In this document: positions 36,281 to 46,900 of the stretch, in pieces
Position numbering within the stretch: the first letter of the stretch is position 1
How the letters are laid out: every line of letters starts with the position of its first letter
Source: Antechinus flavipes
Lineage: Eukaryota
DNA: 64,000 bases
Reading direction: 5' to 3'
Assembly: GCF_016432865.1 (NCBI RefSeq)
Contig: NC_067404.1
Location: forward strand, 85,498,001 to 85,562,000
Translations under genes and position numbers: made by a program
The notes under the pieces: model-generated
Seen by the model: the letters and a program-made list of their open reading frames with translations, nothing else
What the model was told of the DNA's origin: nothing
Databases searched by the model: none

Positions 36281-39200
36281 CTATGCCGTCTGGAACCGCA
36301 GCCATAGGGTCAAGAGTAAGAGGAAGCCCAGAAGGCCCCTGGGCTCTGCCACTGCTGCAGATGTGACAGAGACGGGCTTGCCCACTGACTGACTGAGCCA
36401 GCTGTGGTCAGCCTGGGCAGAAGAAGTCTTGGAGATCCATGGGAAGTAAGGAGCCAGGAGGAAGGTAAGAGACCTGATGCTGGTGAGCCCAGTCTGCCTC
36501 CAGGTTCCATTCTTACCCCGTGAGCGGCACAACAGGGCACTGCCTGGGCCCATGAGATCCTGTGGCACAAACCCAGTACCCCGAGGCTCACACATGTCAA
36601 GCCTTGGGAAGTTGAGCCCCTCCCCTAGTTATAAGCCCGGCTCCCCTCACCGACTTTTTTGTTTCCCATCCTCTCCCATCCCCCACATTGAGGTTGGGGC
36701 TCAAGTTCCTGCCCTCTTCCCCTCTGCCCTCCAACCATGAGTGCGAACTCCCCGAGTGGGCCTCCGTGTCACTCGCCAAAGGGGCCAGGGGTGGGCCTTG
36801 GTGCTGCTCACCAAAGCCACTTGGTATTCTGGCACCCAGGGAGCCAGGCATAGCACGGAGTTCCTGATGCTGCCAGGGAGGTGGCGGGCACAGGACAGAG
36901 CATCCTTCACCTGAACGTGCAGGGCTTGTGGGTTCCGGTCCGTCTCACCTGCAAACAGCCGGGAATCAATCTCCCTGGCCCCATGGCTTTGGGTGCCAGC
37001 GGGTGAAGGGACTAGTGTCGAGCTGGAGGGAGGAGGACACGGCTGGGCATCCTGAAAATGACCTAAGGGTGGGGAGGGAGCAGGGTGAGTAAGGGCAGAA
37101 TCTCAAGGACTTGGGAGCGGGCCAAGGGCACGTCTGCCTGGCATCGGACAGCAGAGGTCACACGTGCGCTCCAATGACTAAGGAGTCCGAGCCGCTGCTC
37201 CTCTGTACCTCCATGTGGAGGAGCAGGGTGCCAGGCGGCACTTTCTGAAGCTGCTGAGGGTTTTCTCAGGATTTTTCCTTGTAATCCAGCTGCTAGGGTG
37301 CCTCTCTCCCCAGTCGCTTTCTTCATCTGCCGCCTCCTTTCTCTTCTCCCCCTTCTCCTTTCCTCTTCCCCTCTCTCCCCCCATCTCTGGCACTCGCTCA
37401 CTCTCCCTTTTTCCTTCCTCCTCCCACCCTTCCCCCTTCTGCCTCCCCTCCCGCCCCTTCAACCAGCCTGACACCGGGAAGCACCGAGCATGGGAAAAAT
37501 GAGGGCGCTGCCTCCTTCGGCCTGCTCGATCTCTACTACCCCTCGGGCTGTGTCCGGCCCTAACCCTTTTCTCTCGTTCCAGGGCCCACAGCTGTTGGGA
37601 TGCTCTTTGTGAAGCAGGAGCCGTGGCTGTTATTTGCTTAAAGCGAACAGTAAGCGCACCACAGTGTGCTGGCCGTGCTCCTGGGCTGCCACCCACAGGG
37701 TCACGGGATTAGCGGAGGGAGTGCTGCGTCCTGGAGGATCTGCCAGCCAGAATGGGGACCTTCCTTTGGCCCGGCTCAGGGCAGATGGTCACATGGCAAA
37801 TACGGCTTAGGGAGTTCCCGAGGCCTCTTGTAAAGAGAACTCCCTAAGGGGCGCCCCGGCCTACTTCAGGATCGCCCGGAAAGGCGAGCCGCCCATCGGT
37901 TGGTGTGGACGCCCTCCTATGGCAGGTTTGGGGCCCGGGGCCGAGGTCTCGTTCGGAGATCTGGTGGCTGTGGGGCCCACGACGGGTCGATTCCAGCTCA
38001 CCCTCTCGGAGTTCTCGGGGCCCTGTGAGCCAGCACTCAGCTTTGTTCACGTCATCCACGTGGCCAACGGGGGCCAGCGGCTGGCTGGAGCCCAGGGGCT
38101 TCTGCAGGAGGACAAGGGCCAGGTCGTTCCAGGGGACCCCATCCACCAACTGGTAGCGCTCGTGCAGGACCACGCTGGAGACGCGGGCGACGGTCATGTT
38201 GCCACCGGGCTGTGGCAGCCCCAGGAATACTGCCATGTTCTCTGTCCTCCTGTCATGGGATGAGAAATTATGAGTTTTTATACCTTGAATGGGCTGCCTG
38301 GATCTGTCCAGTCGTGGGATCTTTAAGCGACTTTAAGAGAACGTTGGGTACCTTTGCACACTGCCCCCCAACATTAGCTATATAAGAGATACGGGGCCTA
38401 GTTCTGCCTGCCACCTTTGAGCCCCGATTCGCTGAGGGACCCCCCGGCCGCCTCCTCTCTGAGGGATGTCTAAGCGAGCCGGCCCCACGAGGAGCCTCCC
38501 ACCCCCACCCCCTGTCGGCTCAGCACTCACATGTGCCGGATACAGTGGGCTGAGGTGAGGATCCAAGACGGGCTGAGGATGGAGCCGCCGCAAAGTCTGC
38601 TGTCACAGGTCACGATCAGTGCTTGCCAGGGTGTGGCGAAGCTCAGAGAAATCCGATTCACCAGGGCTGCGTGTGGGCACAGGGGAGAGTGCATATTGGC
38701 CAAGCCCCTGCCCCAGCCCCTGGGGTCTAGTACTGCCCCACATGAGTCAGGGAGCCTTCTTCCTCCTGGTTCTGTTTCCCCAGGCCTGGGAGCATCGGTG
38801 AGAGGGAGGGGGGAGTCTCACTCACCTTCAGGTTGCAGCAGGGAAGAGAGGGTGGGCCTGGGGGCAGTCTGGACCCAGGGGGGGTGCTGGGATTTCGTGG
38901 AGGCCTTGAGCCAAAGGCTGAAGGGGTGGATACGGCTGAAGACGTAGGGCCGAGTGCAGGTCTCGTCAAAAGCGGTGAGGACCCCCATCTGTACCCAAGG
39001 GGCGTCCTCTGGGTGTGGCTTTGGGCGGCACATCAGTGGGGCTCCCAGGTCTCCCTGCCAGGGGGAGGCAGGAGGTGGTGAGGGCCAGGGTCTGGGAGGG
39101 AAGGCAGCCTGGGCCAGTGGGGGGCACTTATCACCTTGCAGCTGCTCTGGCCCGTCACTTTCTTGGCCTCCACACAGAAGGCCATGGAGCTCTCAATGGG

Positions 39201-42200
39201 CCAGAAGCGGGCACAGTTGCTGACCTCCACCACATCCAGTCGCCGCTTCTGCATGGTCACCAGGTTGCCTGGATGGAATGGAGCACAAGGGAACAGAGGC
39301 TGGGGGCCTCTTACTCTCATCCCACAACCCAGTCTTGCTGAGCAAAGCCTTGGGGTTGGTTTTTTGGGCTACCTGGGTGACCTGGAGCCTCAGTTTTCAT
39401 AGCCGAAAACTGGCAGGATGGCTCTTGACGGTCTGAAAGTCCTCTCCAACCCCAAATCTTGGGCCCCAGGGCTCCCAGAACCCTGTCTGGCTGCCTCATC
39501 TGTTCCTCGGCGCCCCCCGCCCCTGCCTCGCTCAGCTTCTGTGGCCCAGACTCACCCTCGATCAGGGTCCAGCCGGGGACCCAGCAGTCGTGGAGGTGCC
39601 GCCGAGGCTGTATCGCTGGCCTCTTGGAGGGCTCCTCGAGGCACACGGCCAGCGTTCGGGGCTGGAAGCGCAGGGGCTCCTTGAGCAGGATCAGGCCCAA
39701 GCCCGTGGGCCCTTCGAGCCCAAAGTAAGGCAGGACCCGGTGGATGCCCACGAGCTGGGCCCGAACTTGGTCTTCCAGGTCGGTGACTCCAGCCTGGACC
39801 TGGGCCAGGGCTTCCGAATTCCGTCTACGGGCAGCCGAGAAGCCTCTGTAATTGTGTGCACGTGCGGGGGGACGGGAGAAGGTGGCCATCTGGGACTCCC
39901 CCCACCCCGTTCCCTCAACAAAGGAAAATGAGTATTCCCGCCATGGGGACGGGCTGCCTCCAGACACTCACATGAAGTTGGCACAGCTGGCGGTGGTCAG
40001 GACCCACCACTCGTTCAGGATGGAGCCCGAACAGAAGTGGGACAGGGAGAACTGCAAGGAGACCACCCAGGGGAACTCGCCTTCCTCGGCCTCCCAGCAG
40101 GTGGGGCACCGAGCTGCGAAGCCCGGACGTGCGCCGCACTCGGCTGTCGGGAAGAAGGCCAGGCCCCGGTGAGCTCGGGACCCCCACCTTGGGCCTCGGC
40201 AAGCCGTGGTGGCTCAGGGTCCCCTGGCCCTGCCTCTCACCTGGCCCCTGCTCAGAGGACAAGGCCGTCTGGAAGAGCCAATAGGCTTGGAAACTGCTCC
40301 TCCAGCCCAGGCCCAAGAGACACTGGTCCAAGGTGACCCTGAGGGGCTGCTCCTGCTGCAGCCGATGGCGGAGGTCAGGCACGGGGCTCCTGGACCTAGA
40401 GGGTCCTGCCAGAGAGGAGAGATGGGCCGAGGAGGGAAAGGGGGAGGGGGCAGAGGAGGTCGGAAAGGACGAGGGAGCCAGTTGGTCCTTGATGCCGGAG
40501 GGGCCGGCCCCTGAGGAGTCGCTGCCAGGCTGGGATTTGGGCACTGATGGACCTGGGGGTCCCCAGGCCAATGCCTGTAGAGCTCCAGAAAAGAGAGGAG
40601 GCCGCGAGTGAGCAGGGGCTGGGGGCACTGACTGGGGCGAAAGGGGCAACACTGGGGAGAGGAAGGGGCCCCAGTAGGTGAGGGAGCCAGAGAATAGAGC
40701 CGGGGAAGGTGGAAGGCGGACACCGCTGGCGGTTCCTGGCAAGTTCCTCAGATCTAGTCCCTGTACCATGGTGGGAGCTGGGCCGGCCCAGGGGACTATG
40801 GCTTCAGAGGCCATCTCGCTCACGGGTCCAGGCCAGGGGATGATGGCTTTGATGGCCGGGGCTGGCGTGGTCCAAAACCCGGCTGCTTCAGCCACTGGCT
40901 GGGGCAGGGGTGCGGCAAGGCGGGCTCCCAGACTGCCTTCTGACTGGGGCTCAGCTGCGCGCTGAGACCAAGGACCAGGTACTTCCGTCTCAGCCAGAGC
41001 CCAGGGCCCAGCCCCACTGGGAGCCTGCCCAGGCAGTTGGCCAGCTGCTGGTGTCTGGAGAACCCAAGGCCCAGCTGCTTCTGGGGCCACTTCTGAGTCT
41101 GGGGCCATCCAGGGCCTGGCTCGAGCATATGTCAGCTGAGCCCGGGCTCCGAATGTGTTGGACTTGAGAACAGCCGGAACTGTCTGGAATGGAAGAAGCC
41201 AGGCTCCGAGAACATCAGTTGCCGAGTGAGTCTGAGATCCAACAGCTGCCGGAGTTTGGGGTCTGTCTGCATTAGCTGTTGGATGAGTCTGGGATCCAGA
41301 TGGCCATGGGATGTGAGAGTGAGCCCAGGGAGCCACAGTGTGAGCTGCAGGCCGGGGATTCAGGGACCCTCCGGTTGCCGGCCAGGGGGTCGGGGGCCGG
41401 GAGGTCAGGGACCCTCCGGTTGCCGGCCAGGGGGTCGGGGGCCGGGAGGTCAGGGACCCTCCGGTTGCCGGCCAGGGGGTCGGGGGCCGGGAGGTCAGGG
41501 ACCCTCCGGTTGCCGGCCAGGGGGTCGGGGGCCGGGAGGTCAGGGACCCTCCGGTTGCCGGCCAGGGGGTCGGGGGCCGGGAGGTCAGGGACCCTCCGGT
41601 TGCCGGCCAGGGGGTCGGGGGCCGGGAGGTCAGGGGCCCTCGGATTGCTGGCCGGGGGATCTGAGCCTGGGGGATCCACTGGGGCTGTCTGGAAGGTGGC
41701 CAGGGGATCTGAGGCCAGGGGGTCTGGGGTCCTCTGGCAGCTGGTGGGATGATCTGGGACCAGGGGATCCACTGGGGCCGTCCTGTTGCTGGTTGGGGCA
41801 TCTGGGGCCCAGGTGGAGCTCCCTCAGAGACACCTGAAGGCCTGGCTTTTGAAGGAGTGTGCACTCTGGCTGCCTCAGTGACTGAGTGAGTCTCTAGTTG
41901 GGCCAGATTACCGACCTTAGTGAGGCCCAAGGGAGCTGGGGCTTGGGCCATCCCTACAGCTGCTTGAGGTTCTGGTCTGGCTGTCTGCATCCCCTGTTGG
42001 GACGCACCTCCATCCGCAGCTAAGCGACCTAGGGCCAGATCACGGAGAGGCCAAACAGGCCCGGGGTGGATCTGGGAGGTGGGTGCCCTTCCCCGGGGCT
42101 CTCTGGCAGAGCTTCTGGCTGAAGGGGTTGGAGCCCTGGCCTTGGCAGCTGGTGGAATCCCCAGAGGCAGAAACAGGGACTTGACCAAGTCCTTGGGGAG

Positions 42201-43582
42201 GCCCCGAGTGGTGGCTAGGGGGAGCCTGGTGTGGGAGGACCGCTGTCTGGGCGGGGGAAGCTGGTGAGCCTTCGCCGGGTCCCCAGGGCTGGGAGTCACT
42301 GGGAAGGGCCACTGGGCCCGCACAGAATCTATTCCGCTGTCGGCTTCCTCCAGGGCAGAGTATGGAGCCGGGTGCACCCTGGGATGGCTGTAGGGGCTAC
42401 TTGGTGGAAAGAGCATGCAGGGCAAGCTCGGAATTTGCTTCCAAGCAGCGCGTGCCACAGCATCCAGCCAACTGTGGTATGGGGCTGTGCGCACAGCCAG
42501 GATGGGTGTGGAGCAGGCCTTCCCGGGCTCGCCGACCAGCCCCACCAGCTCCTGACGATTTCCAAAGCGGCACAGCACGGGACTGCCGGGCTGCACCTGG
42601 GGGGCAGCGGGGGAAGGAAGGGGCACTCCTTACTCCAGGCGAGTCCCGTCGCTCCAGGGAGGGAGCTCCCTTGGCCTGCTGCTCTCCACAGAGAGCCGGG
42701 GGGGGGGGGGCCCACCCTGGCCCCCAGGCCTAGTGCATACCTGACAGTCTGGGCCTTGCCAGGGATGCATCTGGATACAGAAGGTCTCCCTCCCAGGGGG
42801 ATCAGCTCCCGAGTGGTGGCAGGCCCAGGACCCCAGGATTCTCACCGTGCTCCTCGTGGCTCGCATGAGTCCGGGCTCTGGGGAACCTGCAGGAGACGAG
42901 GGGATGATGGGCGACTCTGCTCGGTCCTGTCACCCAAGCCTGCTTCCTCCCCGGAATCCCGAGTCTCTTCAGTGCTCTGGGTGGGTTCGAGCGAGTCCCT
43001 GCCGAGCCATCGGCCAAAGGCAGAATAGGCGGGGAGGATCAGAGGAACCATTTCTTGATGAGGTGCACTTCTCCACCCAAACTAGGGACCAGGTTGAGGA
43101 CCCGGGTTAGGGTCAGAAAGCGCACTTCCTGTGGAGCCGGGATGACTCCCACAATGTCCTCAAAAAAAAATGGCAGTCCCTTCCTGCCTCCCCATTTTCA
43201 GAGCCACTCAGAGGTCCGATTACACCATCCTGGAGCCAGAACCTTTCTACGGGAAGGATGTTCCCCTCTGACTTAGAAACTTAAAGCTCCAGGGACGGGG
43301 AGGGGGCAGCCAGCTCCCCCCTCCCGAAGCGACTTACTCTGACGCTGGTACACGTGGCACGGCCGATGCCCGCAGAAGGGGCAGTTTTCTTGGACCTCGC
43401 CGGCGTCACGGGTCAGTGGGAGCTGACCCCCAGACAGTGTGGCTGGCTGACGAAGGAATAGCACACCCAGGTCACTCTTGGCTGCCACCGTCCTGGCTGG
43501 GGGCACAAAGGTGGGGTGCAGGCAGATCCCAGAGCCACTGAGCCAGGTCCCAGAACTCCTCACATGCAACAGACCAGAATTG
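36281..43582 (-). CDS. Uncharacterised multi-domain inactive trypsin-like serine protease homolog (three S1 domains; 5' exons outside the window)
   Basis: Exons 43338-43582, 42741-42886, 40241-42596, 39972-40143, 39556-39824, 39135-39268, 38826-39054, 38531-38666, 38002-38249, 36812-36948, 36281-36559. All GT/AG, phases chain without a stop (4351 nt). S1 motifs: [37 protein letters not shown]; [24 protein letters not shown]; [12 protein letters not shown]; CWVPGW; GDLGAPLMC. Confidence 0.88.
41363..41640 (-). repeat. Coding 45-bp VNTR, 6 near-perfect copies encoding ([15 protein letters not shown])6
   Basis: + strand unit gggaccctccggttgccggccagggggtcgggggccgggaggtca; degenerate copies continue to ~41820. 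Confidence 0.95.
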
Positions 43583-43949
43583 CTGGGGAGACAGTGAGAA
43601 GGATTCTGGTCAGTGGAGGCATGGGGAGGGAAGAGGAGCACTTCATCCAAGCACACCGCCTTCGACACAGAAGGGTTGGTGGGCCAGCAGACGAAAGAAG
43701 CACAGACGGGAATATGGGATGCCAGGGCAGTGGTAGGATGTGGGGGGGGGACTCCCAAGAAGGCATGTCTGATGGGAGTGGCCCAAAAGGCAGATCTGCC
43801 TCAGAGAGCCATTGTGGGGATCAGGGTTACATTTCCCCCATGGACATCAAGATCAGAGAACCCATAGGGAGATCAGAGGCAGATACACACAGACACACAC
43901 ACCCCCCTGCCCCCGGCATGGAGATGAGAAAAACAGACACACAGTGGAG

Positions 43950-46900
43950 ATAAAGGAGGGAAGCCTCACAATAGAAAAGAGGCAGAAAACACCAATGAAT
44001 ATCAGAGGGAAAGATATCCCCAATGAAGATCAAAGATGGAATGTAAGGCATGAAAATAAAAGGCAGAAATTCCCAATGAAAATCAAGGGTGGAAGCCCTG
44101 CCATGGAAATGAGAGGCAGAGATCCCCAATGAAGATCAGAGGCAGAGATCATCAATGAAGATCAAGGGTGGAAGCCCTGCCATGGAAATGAGAGTCAGAG
44201 ATCCCTAATGAAGATCAGAAGTAGACCCCCCATGGAGAGGAGAGGCAGAGATCCCCAATGACGATCAGAGGCAGAGATCCCCAATGAAGATCAAGGGTGG
44301 AAGCCCTGCCATGGAAATGAGAGGAAGAGACAGCAAATGAAGATAAGAGGCAGACCCCCTAAGGAAATGAGAGGTAGAGCTTCCCAATTAAGATCACAGG
44401 TAGACCCCCCCATGGAAATGAGACGCAGAGATCCCGAATGAAGATAAGAGGCAGACCCCCTAAGGAAATGAGAGGTAGAGCTTCCCAATTAAGATCACAG
44501 GTAGACCCCCCCATGGAAATGAGACGCAGAGATCCCGAATGAAGATAAGAGGCAGACCCCCGAAGGAAATGAGAAGCAGAGATCCTCAAGATCAGAGGCA
44601 GAGATCCCCAATGACCATCAATGGTGGAAGCCCTGACATGGAAATGAGAGGCAGAAATAGCAAATGAAGATAAGAGGGAGACCCCCTAAGGAAATGAGAA
44701 GCAGAGATCCCCAATGAACATCCCAGGTTAGACCCCCCATGGAAATGAGAGGCAGAGATCCCCAGTGAAGATCAGAGGGAAAGATCCCCAATGGAGATCA
44801 AGGGTGGAAGCCCTGCCATGAGAGACAGCAAATGAAGATAAGAGGCAGACACCGTAAGGAAATGAGAGGTAGAGCTTCCCAATGAAGATCACAGGTACAC
44901 CACCCATGGAAATGAGAGGCAGAACATCCCCAAGGAAGATCAGAGGCAGAGATCCCCAATGAAGATCAAGGGTGGAAGCCCTGCCATGGAAATGAGAGTC
45001 AGAGATCCCTAATGAAGATCAGAGGTAGACCCCCCATGGAGAGGAGAGGCAGAGATGGCGATGAAGATGAGAAATAGAGATTCCCAATGAAGATCAGACG
45101 AAGGACGCCCATGGAAATGAGAGGCAGAGATCCCCAATGAAGATCAGAGGGAAAGATCCCCAATGAAGATCAAGGGTGGAAGCCCTGCCATGAGAGACAG
45201 CAAATGAAGATAAGAGGCAGACACCGTAAGGAAATGAGAGGTAGAGATTCCCAATGAAGATCACAGGTAGACCACCCATGGAAATGAGAGGCAGACATCC
45301 CCAAGGAAGATCAGAGGCAGAGATCCCCAATGAAGATCAAGGGTGGAAGCCCTGCCATGGAAATGAGAGTCAGAGATCCCTAATGAAGATCAGAGGTAGA
45401 CCCCCCATGGAGAGGAGAGGCAGAGATGGCGATGAAGATGAGAAATAGAGATTCCCAATGAAGATCAGACGAAGGACGCCCATGGAAATGAGAGGCAGAG
45501 ATCCCCAATGAAGATCAGAGGCAGAGATCCCCAATGAAGATCAAGGGTGGAAGCCCTGCCATGAGAGACAGCAAATGAAGATAAGAGGCAGACATCGTAA
45601 GGAAATGAGAGGTAGAGCTTCCCAATAAAGATCACAGGTAGACCACCCATGGAAATGAGAGGCAGACATCCCCAAGGAAGATCAGAGGCAGAGATCCCCA
45701 ATGAAGATCAAGGGTGGAAGCCCTGCCATGGAAATGAGAGTCAGAGATCCCTAATGAAGATCAGAGGTAGACCCCCATGGAAAGGAGAGGCAGAGATGGC
45801 GATGAAGATGAGAAATAGAGATTCCCAATGAAGTTCAGACGAAGAACGCCCATGGAAATGAGAGGCAGAGATCCCCAGTGAAGATCAGAGGCAGAGATCC
45901 CCAATGAAGATCAAGGGTGGAAGCCCTGCCATGAGAGACAGCAAATGAAGATAAGAGGCAGACACCGTAAGGAAATGAGAGGTAGAGATTCCCAATGAAG
46001 ATCACAGGTAGACCACCCATGGAAATGAGAGGCAGACATCCCCAAGGAAGATCAGAGGCAGAGATCCCCAATGAAGATCAAGGGTGGAAGCCCTGCCATG
46101 GAAATGAGAGTCAGAGATCCCTAATGAAGATCAGAGGTAGACCCCCATGGAGAGGAGAGGCAGAGATGGCGATGAAGATGAGAAATAGAGATTCCCAATG
46201 AAGATCAGACGAAGGACGCCCATGGAAATGAGAGGCAGAGATCCCCAATGAAGATCAGAGGCAGAGATCCCCAATGAAGATCAAGGGTGGAAGCCCTGCC
46301 ATGAGAGACAGCAAATGAAGATAAGAGGCAGACATCGTAAGGAAATGAGAGGTAGAGCTTCCCAATAAAGATCACAGGTAGACCACCCATGGAAATGAGA
46401 GGCAGAGATGGCGATGAAGATGAGAAGTAGAGATTCTCAATGAAGATCAGATGAAGAACGTCCATGGAAATGAGAGGGAGAGATCCCCAATGAAGATCTG
46501 AGGCAGACCCAACACGGAAATGAGAGGCAGAGATCCCCAATGAAGATCTGAGGCAGACCCAACACGGAAATGAGAGGCAGAGATCCCCAATGAATATTAG
46601 AGGCAGAGAGATCCCCAATGAAGATCAAGAGTGGAACCCAAGCCATGGAAATGATAGGCAGATATCCCCAATGAAGTTCACAGGTAGACCACCCATGGAA
46701 ATGAGCGGCAGAGATCCCTAATGAAGAATAGAGGCAGAGAGGTCCCCAATAAAAATCATAGGCACACCCCCAATGGAAATGAGGGGCAGAGATCCCCAAT
46801 GAAGATCAGAGGCAGAGATCATCAATGAAGATCAAGGGTGGAAGCCCTGCCATGGAAATGAGAGGCAGAGATTCCCAATGAAGATCAGAAGCAGAGATCC

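Noticed and set aside
39915-40240. C-terminal part of the 903-aa ORF
   Set aside because: Reads past the donor at 40241 into the intron and the wrong frame of the next exon; the true frame continues with ECGARPG.
41226-41837. Antisense repeat ORFs ([15 protein letters not shown])n and ([15 protein letters not shown])n
   Set aside because: The 45-bp unit has no stops in these frames; the minus-strand frame is the one joined to the protease domains.
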